Below are positions 10,930-22,061 of a stretch of 64,000 nt of DNA, one piece after another. The stretch's first letter is position 1. Every line of letters begins with the position of its first letter. This DNA is from Alphaproteobacteria bacterium (lineage in GTDB: Bacteria; Pseudomonadota; Alphaproteobacteria; GCA-2731375): NCBI GenBank assembly GCA_965225945.1, contig CBDDBZ010000019.1, positions 1 through 64,000 of the forward strand, read 5' to 3'. The notes beneath the pieces were generated by a model. The model was given only the letters and a program-made list of their open reading frames with translations. It was not told where the DNA came from and did no database searches. The translations under genes were made by a program, and so were the position numbers.

Positions 10930-11430
10930 GTTCCGCGGTTTCGGCAACCGCGGCACCGTCGGCGAACAGCCGGTCTATCTCGTCCGGAGAGAGGCCCGCT
11001 TCGGCCAGAACGTCCCGGGTATGTTCACCCAGCAGCGGGGTCGGGCGCCCGGCCGTCGACGCCGTATCGGCGAACTGGACGTAGTTCCATGCCGTCCGCA
11101 TCTTGCCCACTTTCGGATGTTGGCGCGTCGCCACCATTCGGTTCTCCAGCGAATGCGGATCGTCGAGGAACAGTTCGCTATCGCCCGCCTGGGCTTCCGT
11201 TGCCGGTACGCCGGTGGCTTTTAAGCCCGCGATTGTGTCGGCCAGGCGCCTGCCCTGGAAGGCGTTCGCCATCGCACCGTGCGGTGACACGGCCGGGTGC
11301 CCGGTGCCGGCGGACTCCAGATCTGCCAGCCCGAGCCAGTGCCTGAGTGCCGCCTGCTGATCCAGCGCGTCGGCGGCGAGGTAGATCCAGCCGTCCGCGA
11401 GGCGGTACAGCCGGTGGAATGCGTCGGCTC
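10930..11430 (-). pseudogene. CoA-transferase family III (CaiB/BaiF) C-terminal remnant
   Basis: LYRLADGWIYLA...HPKVGKMR...PLLGEHTRDVLAEAGLSPDEIDRL. Confidence 0.7.
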
Positions 11431-11544
11431 AGCGCCGCTAAGACGTGGTCTGGAGCGGCGATCCGATGATGAGGTAGGCGCGCGCGGGGCGCGCATCCGG
11501 ACCCCATGGAAGATGCGGCCGACGAAGATGGGCGCCGATTGCTA

Positions 11545-11874
11545 TTAGGTCACGGTCAGGAGGATCATTCCGATGAGCGTGACGATGCGGGCCGACTCCG
11601 CTAGGGCAGGTTCGCCCTCGTGGCGCTCCGCAGCCCGCCATACCCCCACGAGCGCGACGACGTTGTACGGCACGGACAAGCCATAGCCCACGACAAGGGC
11701 AGCAAGTAGCCAATCCGCTAAAACCAGAATCAAGAACAGCAAGCTCGTGATGAGATTGACGGCAAGTCCTCCGACGACAGCATAGGTCCAAAACGCCTCG
11801 CCGAGAGGCAATCCGCCAGACCAGACGCGACGCAGCTTTGTCACCGAACTGAGTATCGGCCATATCCTCCGCAA
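11545..11874 (-). CDS. Small hypothetical membrane protein (about 3 TM)
   Basis: Hydrophobic segments; WSGGLPLGEAFW and VGVWRAA motifs. Confidence 0.6.
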   Translation of the reverse strand: MRRIWPILSSVTKLRRVWSGGLPLGEAFWTYAVVGGLAVNLITSLLFLILVLADWLLAALVVGYGLSVPYNVVALVGVWRAAERHEGEPALAESARIVTLIGMILLTVT

Positions 11875-12254
11875 GCGCCGATTTTAGCGAACAGCCAGCG
11901 AAGAAATCTATGCGCGTCGCCTCATGGCTATACCCGGGCGTGGATGGCACGGCCTGGCGACGGAGAGTTCACCCCCAATTCCCGACGTACCCGGGATCCC
12001 ACCTGATTCGCTGGCTCAATCTGTCCGCCCATCCGGCACCCTGATGGTTCAGACGGCCGGCTCCACCACGACCCTCCCGCGACCACGGAGCACCGTGTAA
12101 CCGACCACGTCGGCGGAGACGATCGCCGCTAGCCTGCGCTGCGTACCCTCGGACATGGGCGAAGTCTAGCGAAGCTGAACAGACACAGGAATAGCGACCT
12201 CAGATGGTCGAGGCACACCGATACATTAGAAGTGTCGAATGGAAAGTATTGGCT

Positions 12255-12412
12255 GAGGCTGTTGAAAAAGTATTTTGGGTCCTCGCGCTCGAAAGATTGA
12301 TTCGCGCCGGCCAACCCCGACGAAAGATGGCACCAGATCAGGCCCTCCCCCGATTCTTTTCTTTCGCCGAACGCCACCGAGCGGGCGCTTGACCGACTTT
12401 TTCAACAGCCTC
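12255..12412. mobile_element. MITE (158 bp) with IS5/IS1182-like TIRs
   Basis: Perfect 17-bp TIR GAGGCTGTTGAAAAAGT / ACTTTTTCAACAGCCTC; no transposase. Confidence 0.75.
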
Positions 12413-12807
12413 CGGCTAAGTGAGCCTGGAGGCCATGTCCGCTCGACGGCGACCTATGCCCCCAGCAATTGACGTCCATCGGATGCAGGTCCGGAATCGC
12501 CGGGTAACGTTCAGAGGTGCCCCAGGTCCAAGCGTTCCATCAGGGCTTCTTGCCAGGATTGGCGTTGTGATCGAGGTGCCCGATAGCTACGCTGATGACC
12601 AAGCCCGAGGGGCAAGTGGGGAATGCCGGGCCACGAAATGTGCGAATGTGGTGTCATCGGCTCCGCCCCCGCGATTGCAAACCTCGTAGCCCAGCTGCTT
12701 TGCTTGCTCGGGTCCAACACCGACGTTGTGCCCCTCGCCCCAAGCCAGGGACTTGGTTTCAGCTGCGGTTCGGTATGCGCATTGCTCGATGCTGAGGGAG
12801 GGAAGAG

Positions 12808-13569
12808 ATGCGGTTAGAGAATCGGGTCGCCGTCGTCACGGGCGCGGGGAGCGGGATTGGCCGCGGCATTGCGCAACGCTTCGCCGAAGAAGGCGCACGG
12901 GTGGTCTGCGCCGATATCGTCGAAGAAACGGCCAAGGCGACGGTCGATCGCATCGTCCAAGATGGCGGTCAGGCAATTGCAGTCCCGGTCGATGTCACAG
13001 ATCCGGCCCAGGTCGAACAGCTCGTCGCCGCCAGCATCAAAGCGTACGGACAACTCGACATCATGGTCAGCAGCGCAGGTACTGCCAGGTTGACGCCGTT
13101 CCTTGAGACGACACCGGAAGAGTTCCGCGCGATTATGACGCTTAATGTCGAGGGCGTGCTCCATTGCGGTCAGAGCGCGGCACGCGAGATGGTCAAGCGC
13201 GGGTATGGACGGATCATCAATATCGCCTCCATCGCCGGTGAGCGCGCCGCCTTCGGGCGAACCGCCTACGGGACCTCGAAGGCCGCTGTCATTGGTCTCA
13301 CCCGCCAAATGGCGCTGGAGCTGGCGCCGCTAGGCATCACTGCCAACGCCATTGGCCCAGGGCCGATATCGACTCCGCTTTCCGAAGCGGCACTCAGCGA
13401 CGAAGGGCGGGCGGCCTATCTGGAGCTCATCCCCGCTGGTCGCCTCGGCGCTGTCCCCGACATTGCGGACGGCGCGTGTTTCCTCGCCGGCGAGCAGGCT
13501 TCATACGTCAACGGCCAAGTGCTTTTCATCGACGGCGGCTACACTGCTATCGGCGTGCGCAAGGCGTAA
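12808..13569 (+). CDS. SDR-family oxidoreductase (FabG-like)
   Basis: TGAGSGIG, YGTSK and IDGG motifs; RBS GGAAG. Confidence 0.93.
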   Translation: MRLENRVAVVTGAGSGIGRGIAQRFAEEGARVVCADIVEETAKATVDRIVQDGGQAIAVPVDVTDPAQVEQLVAASIKAYGQLDIMVSSAGTARLTPFLETTPEEFRAIMTLNVEGVLHCGQSAAREMVKRGYGRIINIASIAGERAAFGRTAYGTSKAAVIGLTRQMALELAPLGITANAIGPGPISTPLSEAALSDEGRAAYLELIPAGRLGAVPDIADGACFLAGEQASYVNGQVLFIDGGYTAIGVRKA

Positions 13570-14019
13570 CTCAGGCAGCGGTGCGCTCACCGGGGCTTCC
13601 AACCGTTGGTGCCGTCGTAGGGATCCTGATCGCCACGGGCGTCACAGGGCCTTTCCTGGTGTTACTGAGTATCCGGACGGCGCTTACGAGCAATCAGTAA
13701 GGCCTCCCACAGTTGGCAAACCATAGCCTGGGCCGCCGAGTGCTCGGAAAGGGCGCGCAGGTCGGCGCCGGCTTTTTGCGTGCGCTCGATGCCACGGGCT
13801 ACGGCGAAATCACCCGGGGCGCGCCGGTTCGCATCCGCAAGCCCGACGCCTCCGAGACCAGTGAGCAAATAGCCCGCCTGTTCCAGAGCCAGCTGTCGGT
13901 GCGCGGTTTCGGTATCGCCAGTACCGGCATGGCCAACGTGCTCAGCTTTCGCTTCACCAGCGATGTCAGCGCCGATCCCAAGGCCTTTCCGATGGTACAA
14001 ATCGACGACTGTCGGCACA

Positions 14020-14269
14020 ACGTCTCGCCATCTTCAACTCGACCGAGCACGCCGCCGACATATATCGCAACATGGGACCAGGTCGATTGCGTCAGATATA
14101 TGATCGCCGTGCTGAATCGCGCTATGCCGTCCACGAGCAGAGCATCGGATGGGCGAAGAGCGGCCCGCAGCCGTTCCGGATCGCCGGGCGGATTGAGGCT
14201 CGGCGAACCGGAGGGCCGCGTCAGATAGGCCGCCAACAGACTGCCGAAATAGCGACAAACCCGCCTCAT
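14020..14269 (-). pseudogene. YiiX/YebB-like permuted NlpC/P60 protein, N-terminal fragment
   Basis: LRPSDALLVDG..STAIIYLTQSTWSHVAIYVG. Confidence 0.6.
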
Positions 14270-14554
14270 GGAACAGTACGGTCTTCTGCGACTCTTGCGT
14301 CGTTCGGTTATGTTTCCCGAGCGCCGGAAACGACGCGCATGGATGTTCGAGCTGAATGAACAATTCGCCAGACGTCCTCCGACGTAAGACCGTCGCTTAG
14401 CACGAGAGAAATGCAGATCGAATCCGATAAGAAATCGTCTACTGAAGGTTCGGCTGCTTTCGCGCGACCAGGCTTCATTCGTTCCCGCCTCCTTCGTTCG
14501 TATTCAGCTCGGCAGCCCGATGATGGCCTGCGATCGATGCGCTCGTATACCACC

Positions 14555-15694
14555 TAGTGTACCGACTCTAACGCCTGTCGCCCACGAGCGACTTTTTCGA
14601 GTATGGCGGTGGCGGAAGCGGTCCATACGAAGGGTTTTGGATCGGCATTGTGGTGCTCGAGGTATTCCTGAATGGCTGTTTCGAGTTCGGCGACGCTCTT
14701 GAACACGCCGCAACGGATTTGATCGCTGGTGATCAGGCCGAAGAAGCGTTCGACCTGGCTGAGCCAGGAGGCGGATGTCGGAGTGAAGTGCATATGGAAG
14801 CGAGGATGTTTTGCCAACCACGCCTTGACCTTGGGATGCTTGTGGGTGGCGTAGTTGTCGGCGATCAGATGCAGGTCGAGCTTCTTGGGCGTCTCGGCGT
14901 CGATACGGCGCAGGAATTTCAGCCATTCCTGATGGCGGTGCCGCTTCATGCAGTGGCCGATGACCTTGCCGGTGGCGACGTCGAGCGCGGCGAACAATGT
15001 CGTCGTGCCGTGGCGCTTGTAGTCATGCGTCATGGTGCCGGCTCGGCCCTTCTTGATCGGCAAGCCGGCTGTGTGCGGTCGAGCGCCTGGATCTGGCTCT
15101 TCTCGTCGACCGAGAGAACCAGCGCCTTGTCCGGCGGATCGAGATAGAGACCGACGATATCGCGCACCTTCTCGACGAAGTGCTCGTCATTCGACAGCTT
15201 GAAGGTCTTCACCAGGTGCGGCTTGAGGCCGTGCGCCTTCCAGATCCGCTGCACGCTGGTGTAGCTGAGGCCGACGGCACGGGCCATCTTGCGGATGCTC
15301 CAATGCGTCGCCGCCTCCGGCGTCTCGTGCAAGGTCTTATGCACAACCCGCTCGATCACCTCGGCGCTCAGCGGCGGCTTGCGTCCCGGTCGCGTCGCAT
15401 CGCGGCGCAGTCCGGCGATGCCTTTGGCAAGGTAGCGCTCCTGCCAGCGCCACACCGTCACCTTACTTTTGCCGACCAACCGGACGATCGTCATCGTGCC
15501 GATCCCGTCAGCCGACAGCAACACGATCCGTGCCCGCCAAACCAGCTTCTGCGGCGTGTTCCGCCCAGAAACCAACCCTTCCAGCGTCGCCCGCTCCGCG
15601 GGAGACAGCCAGATGCATGCCAATGTCTTCGTCATTCCCCCAGAATCGCAGAACGCAAGCCCTTTGGGAAACTTTTGTTAGGATTGGAACACTA
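14555..15694 (-). mobile_element. IS630-family element (transposase 14554-15635, frameshift near 15065)
   Basis: CTAGTGTACCGA...TTGGAACACTAG ends; [27 protein letters not shown] and SWLSQVER motifs. Confidence 0.92.
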
Positions 15695-16033
15695 GAAGTT
15701 TCTCTTCGACGGCACGGCGGCTTCAGGACGCCTTGGCGGTATGGGTTTGGGTGCGCATGCGAAGCGCCTGTACCAAGCCGTCCATGCCATGGTTCCGGAT
15801 GACCGTCGTGAACTCCGCCCTCTGCGTTGCGGCCATGCTAACACCCTCGACCGCGACGTCGATGATTTTATACTGTCGGTCGATCACCCTGACGAGCCAG
15901 CCGGCCTTGACCCCCGCCGCGGCCCCGATCCCGTGGCCTACATCCTCTCGACCAACATCCACCGCCGCCACATGACCAGGGGCCGGAGGGCAATGGCGGT
16001 GACCTCGGGTGGCAGTGTGCGGTAAACTGCCGA

Positions 16034-16646
16034 GTGTCGTTAGCGAGACTGGAACAGAGACTCGTGCGTCGACCGTATCGGACAAGCATCCTACTTGCCA
16101 TCGCGATCCTCATGGGGGTCACGATGGGCCACGCCGCGCCCCGGGACAGTCCCGACGAGAGCACGAAAATGGGCGCCGCCTTCCTTTACTGGCAAAAGGG
16201 ATACGTTCTCCACTTGCAGGGGCAGTACGAGGCTGCGGCGCGCCATTTCCGCCTGTCGATCGACGCCAGCCCGACCGAGGAAGGACATACCTACCTCGGC
16301 TGGTCGCTGAGCCATCAGGGTCAGACCGAAGAAGCCATAGAGGAATGCAGGAAAGCCATAGCGATCGATCCCGATTACGGCAATCCCTATAACGATATCG
16401 GCGCCTATCTGATCACTCTGGGGCGGGCGGAGGAGGCCATCCCTTGGTTCGAGAAGGCGATCCGGGCCAAGCGCTATTGCTGCTACCAGTTCCCCGCACT
16501 TCAACATGGGTCGGGTCTTGTTGAGACAAGGGCTGATCGAGAAAGTCGAACGCGCCTTCGAGCGTGCACTGTCCCATGAGCCGGACTATCTTCCGGCGCG
16601 GAAGGCGCTCGAATACGTGCGCTCGCTTGCAGGCGAATCCCTTTAA
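16034..16646 (+). CDS. TPR-repeat protein with signal peptide (one-base frameshift near 16493)
   Basis: TPR motifs (AIAIDPDYGNPYNDIGAYL). The alternative frame continues PHFNMGRVL...PDYLPARKALE to TAA at 16646. Confidence 0.8.
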
Positions 16647-16764
16647 GCAGAGGGCTACTCCCTCTCGATAGACCGAAAATTTGCCAACCTCACGCCGCCT
16701 CGCGCACCACCAGCGCGTCGAGGGCGCCCGGGCTCGTCATCCCTCGGCTTGAACGGCGGCTCCC

Positions 16765-17320
16765 TCACCCCCGGACGTGACGGCGCGTTGCCTCACCACT
16801 CCCGCCAGGGATCGGAACCAGGCCCGATCGGGGGCGGACGTTGCCGTCGATCATCTCTCCGAGGCCGGCGGAGCCGTTGATGCCAAAGGCTACACCCGCG
16901 TCCAGATCACCCCGCGTCAGGTATTCGATCCTGTCCGCCATACCCATGCCGTCCAATGCCTTGAGATCGGCCTCGTGATGAAGCCACAGCACCATGCTCA
17001 CTTCCGATCTGTAAGCGCGGCCGTGCTCACGGTGGATCTCTTCCGCCAGCGCCCGGTCAACCGCCCTCCGTTCGATGGCCATCTCGCGGTCCAGCGTATC
17101 GGCGGCCGCCATCAGGCGCTCGGCTTCGGCCCGCATACGACCGGCTTCCGCCTCTTGCTCGTCGAGCTTGCCGTAGATTTCGCGCCAACCTTCGGCTTCG
17201 CGCGCCTGCTCCAGGCGTTCGGGGAACATTGCGCCGGCCTCGTTCGGCTCGACGATAATTTCGGCCCCCGGCTCGCCATTCTTGTGGCGGCCGTATCTGA
17301 GGGTAATCCTCCGGCCGTGA
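16765..17320 (-). pseudogene. Hypothetical coiled-coil protein, 5'-truncated by IS21
   Basis: Open frame that begins at the IS21 boundary. Confidence 0.5.
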
Positions 17321-18042
17321 TGTGGAACGGCGTGCAAAGTTGACCCCTGCTGAGGGGTGATCGGCGTCCAAATTTGACCCCCTGAGCCTGGCTAGTCCAA
17401 GTCACCTCGTTTTTGGGCGGACGAGGTGGTGGGGGATGTTGGTCGTGGAGACGATAGCGCGGATCCGGCGGGAGTATTTCGTCAAGGGGAAGCCGATCAA
17501 GGAGATCGTGCGGGACGTGAAGGTCTCGGGCAACACGGTGCGCAAGGTGATCCGTTCGCAGGCGACGGCGTTCACCTACGACCGGCGGGTCCAGCCGATG
17601 CCGAAGCTGGGGCCGTGGACGGCCGAGCTGGAGCGGATGCTGGAGGCCAACGAGACCAAGTCGAAGCGGGAGCGGCTGACGCTGCTACGGATCTCCGAAG
17701 CCCTCGAGGGTCTGGGCTATGGCGGCGGCTACGACGCGGTGCGGCGCTACGCCAAGGCGTGGCGGTGGCGCCGTTCGGCATCGACGGCGCAGACCTATGT
17801 GCCGTTGGTGTTCTCGCCGGGCGAGGCCTATCAGTTCGACTGGAGCCACGAGTACGTGGTGCTGGCGGGGGTGACGACCAAGGTCAAGGTCGCGCACGTC
17901 CGGCTGTGCCACAGCCGAATGTTCTTCGTCCGCGCTTATCCGCGCGAGAGCCAGGAGATGGTGTTCGACGCCCACGACCGGGCATTCCGGCTGTTCCAGG
18001 GTGCCTGCCGGCGAGGCATCTACGACAACATGAAGACGGCGG
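17321..18042 (+). mobile_element. istA: IS21 left end + 5' istA (17436-18042), truncated by IS256 type B
   Basis: Near-identical to 6284-7003. Confidence 0.9.
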
Positions 18043-18577
18043 GGGGATGTCCCGGGCTCTGTTGAAAAGCTGAAGTAGGCGTCGTCCGCCTGGAGCCGCT
18101 AGGCTCTGGGTGCTGATTCCATCAAGGAGAACGACGCCATGACCAAGACTACACGCAACGACCGTTCCTCGGAACCATCCTGTCGGCTCTTGCCATCGAT
18201 GCCGGAGGCCTTCGACGATCTGCGCATGAGCGTCGATCGCTTCTGCCTTTTGGCGGGCCTCGAGTCTTTGAACGAGATGATGTCGGCGGACGCGGAAGCC
18301 TTGTGCGGTTCGCGCCACGCCCGCTCGGGCGAGCGCAAGGGCCATCGATGGGGCACGACCCGGAGCGAGATCGCCTACCACGGCGGCAAAGTGAAGGTCG
18401 AGCGCCCTCGGGTGCGGGACTTCGCGGGTCGGGAGATGAGCCTGCCGAGTTGGGAGCTGCTGTCGGAACCCGAACTCTTGCAAGCCTGGGCGATGAATCT
18501 GATGGTGATCAACGTCTCGACCCGCAAGTATGCCCGCGCGGTGCGCCTGCCGGACGATGCGGGCGGCGATCTGCCGG
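18043..18577 (+). mobile_element. IS256 type B left part, truncated by IS3
   Basis: Matches the reverse complement of the 5' part of 3331-4780. Confidence 0.9.
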
Positions 18578-18643
18578 TGAGTCGGACCCGATTTCCTTGG
18601 ACACAGAATTGGCTTAATCGAAGTGTCCAAGGAGGACCGGAAC

Positions 18644-19054
18644 ATGACCGACAATTTTGAAAACAAAGTTGCTGTTGATGGGCCTGTGGTAAACGAGGGC
18701 GAGCTTGGCTCGTCCACGTTTTCCCCGGGCCAGGTTTCGCCGGCAGGCCCGCTGGGACTTGGCCAGCGGTGGACGGTGACGCGCAAGCGTGAGGTTGCCC
18801 TGCGGCTTTTGCGTGGCGAGCCGGTGGAACTTTTGTCGCGGCAGTTGGGCGTGGAGATTTTCCGGCTCGAGCAGTGGCGTGAGAAGGCGATCGCCGGGAT
18901 CGATGCCTCGCTCAAGGAACGCAAGGGCGATCCGGTAAAGGCGGAACTGGACATCGCCATGAAGCGGATCGGGGAGTTGATCATGCAGGTGGAACTGCTG
19001 GAGGCCAAGACGGAGACGTCCGGCCCTTTGGGGCGGCGGAGGTCGCGGCGATGA
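18644..19054 (+). CDS. IS3 OrfA (HTH)
   Basis: RBS GGAGG; ATGA overlap with orfB. Confidence 0.88.
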   Translation: MTDNFENKVAVDGPVVNEGELGSSTFSPGQVSPAGPLGLGQRWTVTRKREVALRLLRGEPVELLSRQLGVEIFRLEQWREKAIAGIDASLKERKGDPVKAELDIAMKRIGELIMQVELLEAKTETSGPLGRRRSRR

Positions 19055-19962
19055 GTGCCGCCACCTCTCCCGGCACGGGTTTGGCCTACGGCCTCCAGCG
19101 GGTCTGTGCGGCCTGGGGTTTTGCCCGTTCCTCGTTCTACGCCATGAAATCCCGGCAGCAGGCCACCGCTGAGCGCCCACCAGCAAAGCGCCGGGGACCG
19201 AAGCCCTCGATCTCGGACGAGGCTCTGCTGGTGGCCATCGAGGCCGACCTGGAGGCATCCCCCTGGGAGGGCGAGGGACACCGCAAGGTCTGGGCTCGGC
19301 TTCGGGTCTGTCGTGGCATCCGTGTTTCCCGCAAGCGGGTGCTCCGGGTGATGCGCGAGAACAACCTGCTCTCGCCCCATCGCTGCCGCCGCCGTGGCGG
19401 AAATCCCCATGTCGGTGAGATCATCACCCATGCCCCCAACCTCATGTGGGGCACGGACGGCGTTCGGGTGTTCACGGTGGACGACGGCTGGGGCTGGATA
19501 TTCACCGCCATCGAGCATTGGAACGCCGAGTGCGTCGGCTGGCATGTGTGCAAGCGAGGCGACCGCTTCGCCGCCCTTCAGCCGATCTCCATGGGGCTTG
19601 CGAGGCTGTATGCCTCGACCTCCGCCGGTGCGGCGCGGGGGCTGGCCTTGCGGATGGATCACGGCTCCCAGTATCTGTCGGACCACTTCACCAACCAGAT
19701 CAAGTTCTGGGGCATCCAGCCGTCCTACGCCTTCGTCGAACAGCCCCAGACCAACGGCGTCGCCGAGAGGTTCAATCGCACGCTCAAGGAACAGATCATC
19801 CATGGCCGCATCTACCGCAACATCGCGGAGCTGCGGAACGCCGTCCGCGGGTTCGTCGAACAGTACAATGCCCAGTGGATCGTGGAGAAGAACGGCTACC
19901 TGAGCCCCGCTCAAGCTCGTCAGGCGTGGCACACCGCGATGTCACTCAGGCCCGCCGCATGA
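19051..19962 (+). CDS. IS3 OrfB (rve integrase core)
   Basis: WGTD, DHGSQY and NGVAERFNRTLKE motifs. Confidence 0.92.
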   Translation: MSAATSPGTGLAYGLQRVCAAWGFARSSFYAMKSRQQATAERPPAKRRGPKPSISDEALLVAIEADLEASPWEGEGHRKVWARLRVCRGIRVSRKRVLRVMRENNLLSPHRCRRRGGNPHVGEIITHAPNLMWGTDGVRVFTVDDGWGWIFTAIEHWNAECVGWHVCKRGDRFAALQPISMGLARLYASTSAGAARGLALRMDHGSQYLSDHFTNQIKFWGIQPSYAFVEQPQTNGVAERFNRTLKEQIIHGRIYRNIAELRNAVRGFVEQYNAQWIVEKNGYLSPAQARQAWHTAMSLRPAA

Positions 19963-20145
19963 GACAAACTTGTGTCCAAGGAACCGGGTGCGATACACCC
20001 GCGACAAGCCGTGTCGGCCCGGCGCCATGGCGCGACGCTTCCGAGGTTCGGCCCGGCGGACGACGTGGCGGATTGGCCGCGCCCGCCGCCCGAGTATGAT
20101 ATCGAGCGTGAGTTTCGGCATCGCACGCGCGAAACGGGGTGAGAC

Positions 20146-20823
20146 ATGGAGTGGCGGCGGCGGTTCGATGCGGTCCTCTTCGATCTCGACGGCACCCTGG
20201 TGGAGACGGCACCGGATTTGACGGCGGCGCTGAACCACACGCTGGTTCACGTCGGCCTGCCGCCGGTCGCGCTCGACGAGGTCCGCCACATGATCGGCGA
20301 CGGCGCCCGCGCGCTCCTCGCCAAGGGCATCCAGGCAGCGGGCCGAGCCGCGGACGAGAAGACCTTCGCCGAATGGTTCGATATCTTGCTCGAGCATTAT
20401 TCCCATCACGTCGCCGACGCGAGCCACCCCTTCCCCGACGTCGAGGCCCAGCTCCAGGCGCTCCGGGCCGGCGGCGCCCGCCTCGGGGTCTGCACCAACA
20501 AGCCGATCGCGCTCACCGAAAAGCTGTTGGCGGAACTCGATCTCGCCCGCCATTTCGACGTCCTGATGGGGGGCGACAGCCTGCCCGTGCGCAAGCCGGA
20601 TCCGGCGCACCTGTTGGAGAGCTTGAAGCGAATCGACGTCGCGCCCACGCGCGCGGTGATGGTGGGCGATTCCGGGAACGACGTCCAAGCCGCCCGCAAC
20701 GCCGGTCTGCCGGTGATCGTGGTATCGTTCGGCTACACCGCGACACCGCCCGGCGAGCTCGGCGCCGACATGGTGATCGACGGCTTCGACGAGCTGCCGG
20801 CGGCGCTCTCGGCGCTCGCTTGA
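20146..20823 (+). CDS. gph: Phosphoglycolate phosphatase (HAD)
   Basis: FDLDGTL, CTNK, RKPDP and MVGDS motifs. Confidence 0.85.
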   Translation: MEWRRRFDAVLFDLDGTLVETAPDLTAALNHTLVHVGLPPVALDEVRHMIGDGARALLAKGIQAAGRAADEKTFAEWFDILLEHYSHHVADASHPFPDVEAQLQALRAGGARLGVCTNKPIALTEKLLAELDLARHFDVLMGGDSLPVRKPDPAHLLESLKRIDVAPTRAVMVGDSGNDVQAARNAGLPVIVVSFGYTATPPGELGADMVIDGFDELPAALSALA

Positions 20824-20879
20824 CAGCCCCGGCCGCCGCTCCTATAGCGGGAGCCGGCCATCGCCCGTCGGGCCGATCG

Positions 20880-20956
20880 GGGCGCGTAGCTCAGGTGGTT
20901 AGAGCGCTACGCTCACATCGTAGAGGTCGCTGGTTCGAGTCCAGCCGCGCCCACCA
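20880..20956 (+). tRNA. tRNA-Val (anticodon CAC)
   Basis: Acceptor GGGCGCG/CGCGCCC-A-CCA; anticodon arm CTACG-CTCACAT-CGTAG; T-loop GTTCGAG. Confidence 0.95.
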
Positions 20957-21308
20957 TTTTCGTCTACTTATCAGGCGCCTGAGACGAAATCTTCTTGTCG
21001 AATCCGAGCTTGCGGCGAGCCCCGTCCGGGCTTCGAAGTCTCCATTCCACCGGCCTAGTGTCCCGATTCCGAAGTTCGCATGATTTTCGCCTGCTGTTCA
21101 GCGATTTCGATTGTTCGGAGGCAGAAGCGCTGGATGGCGCCGAGGATGTCATCGGCGGATTTGGTCCATTTGAAGGGTTCGGGGTTCTGGTTTGTCGTGT
21201 CGATGTAGTCGAGGATGGTGCGCTCCAACTCCTTGGTGGAGCGATGGACGCCGCGCCTGATCTGCTTGTCGGTCAGCAGCCCGAACCAGCGCTCGACCTG
21301 GTTCAGCC

Positions 21309-22061
21309 CTTGCCTATCCGGTTATCACACACCCACTATATGTAGTGTGTCTCCTTGGACTGCAGGCAAGGGCCGGCGCAGGCGCATTGAGGAGGCGATC
21401 CGGCTAATTCTTGATTGTTCTGAAAACCGAACCGGAGTTTAATTCACGTCACGTATTTAACATCGGGGGACGGAACGGTGGCGACCAAGGGAAAAACGAA
21501 GAAACCCACGGCCAGACGGGAAGCTGCTGATGAAACGACATCGTCTGAGCGATTGACGGCACTAGTCGAAGAAAGCGACGCGCTGGCACGAATCGTTGCG
21601 AAGAACCCGTCCGCGCCTGTTAGTCTCCTGCGCGTTTTGAGTCGCAGCGAAGACGAAGCGACACGCAAGAACGTGATCCTCAATCCGTTTACTTCATATG
21701 ACGTATTGAGCGAACTTGAAAACCAGTTCACAGAGCTATTTGTGAATAATCCGGCACTCGAATCCTACAATTCAATGAAGCTCTGATTTCCTGGAATATT
21801 CCATCGGTGTCGTTCACCTCCGATTTCAGATAAATTTCAATGAAGTGACGGTCCTTTATGCAACGTGGCGTTTTGCCAAATCCGACTCAATGATTAGGAT
21901 TTCCACCACGCTAAAGTGTCGCCTAAAAGGCGCTACAATGCCGTCCGAGTCCCTGCTCGGCATCGCCGGAGATATCTCCGCTTCGACCTGCACCGAGCTT
22001 TACTCAGGAAAATGGGTGCACACTACATATAGTGGGTGTGGGTGATAACCGGATAGGTAAG
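21309..22061 (+). mobile_element. Non-autonomous IS1595-derived cassette, copy 1 (753 bp), 8-bp TSD GTTCAGCC
   Basis: About 43-bp TIRs starting CTTGCCTATCCGGTTATCA. TSD at 21301-21308 and 22062-22069. Confidence 0.93.
21478..21786 (+). CDS. LRV/HEAT-like repeat passenger protein (102 aa)
   Basis: Repeated xxNPxxP/L units (VAKNPSAP, VILNPFTS, VNNPAL); RBS GGGGA; identical protein in all three copies. Confidence 0.65.
   Translation: MATKGKTKKPTARREAADETTSSERLTALVEESDALARIVAKNPSAPVSLLRVLSRSEDEATRKNVILNPFTSYDVLSELENQFTELFVNNPALESYNSMKL

Larger units (their letters stand above)
18578..19997 (+). mobile_element. IS3-family element, intact copy 1
   Basis: TG...CA ends TGAGTCGGACCCGATTTCCTTGGACAC and GTGTCCAAGGAACCGGGTGCGATACA. 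Confidence 0.93.

Noticed and set aside
10814-11290. 158-aa ORF as a real gene
   Set aside because: It is a chance fusion of a CaiB remnant with the first 14 codons of the DsbA selenoprotein, ending at the Sec UGA.
13570-14018. Possible protein on either strand after the SDR gene
   Set aside because: Stops interrupt the plausible frames and no family motif was recognised.
20880-21055. tRNA-Val as the attachment site of an integrative element
   Set aside because: No integrase and no duplicated tRNA 3' end were seen; only an IS630 lies about 100 bp downstream.
21845-22045. 66-aa ORF in the cassette as a second passenger gene
   Set aside because: Its C-terminal half is the relic IS1595 transposase tail and it has no convincing RBS.
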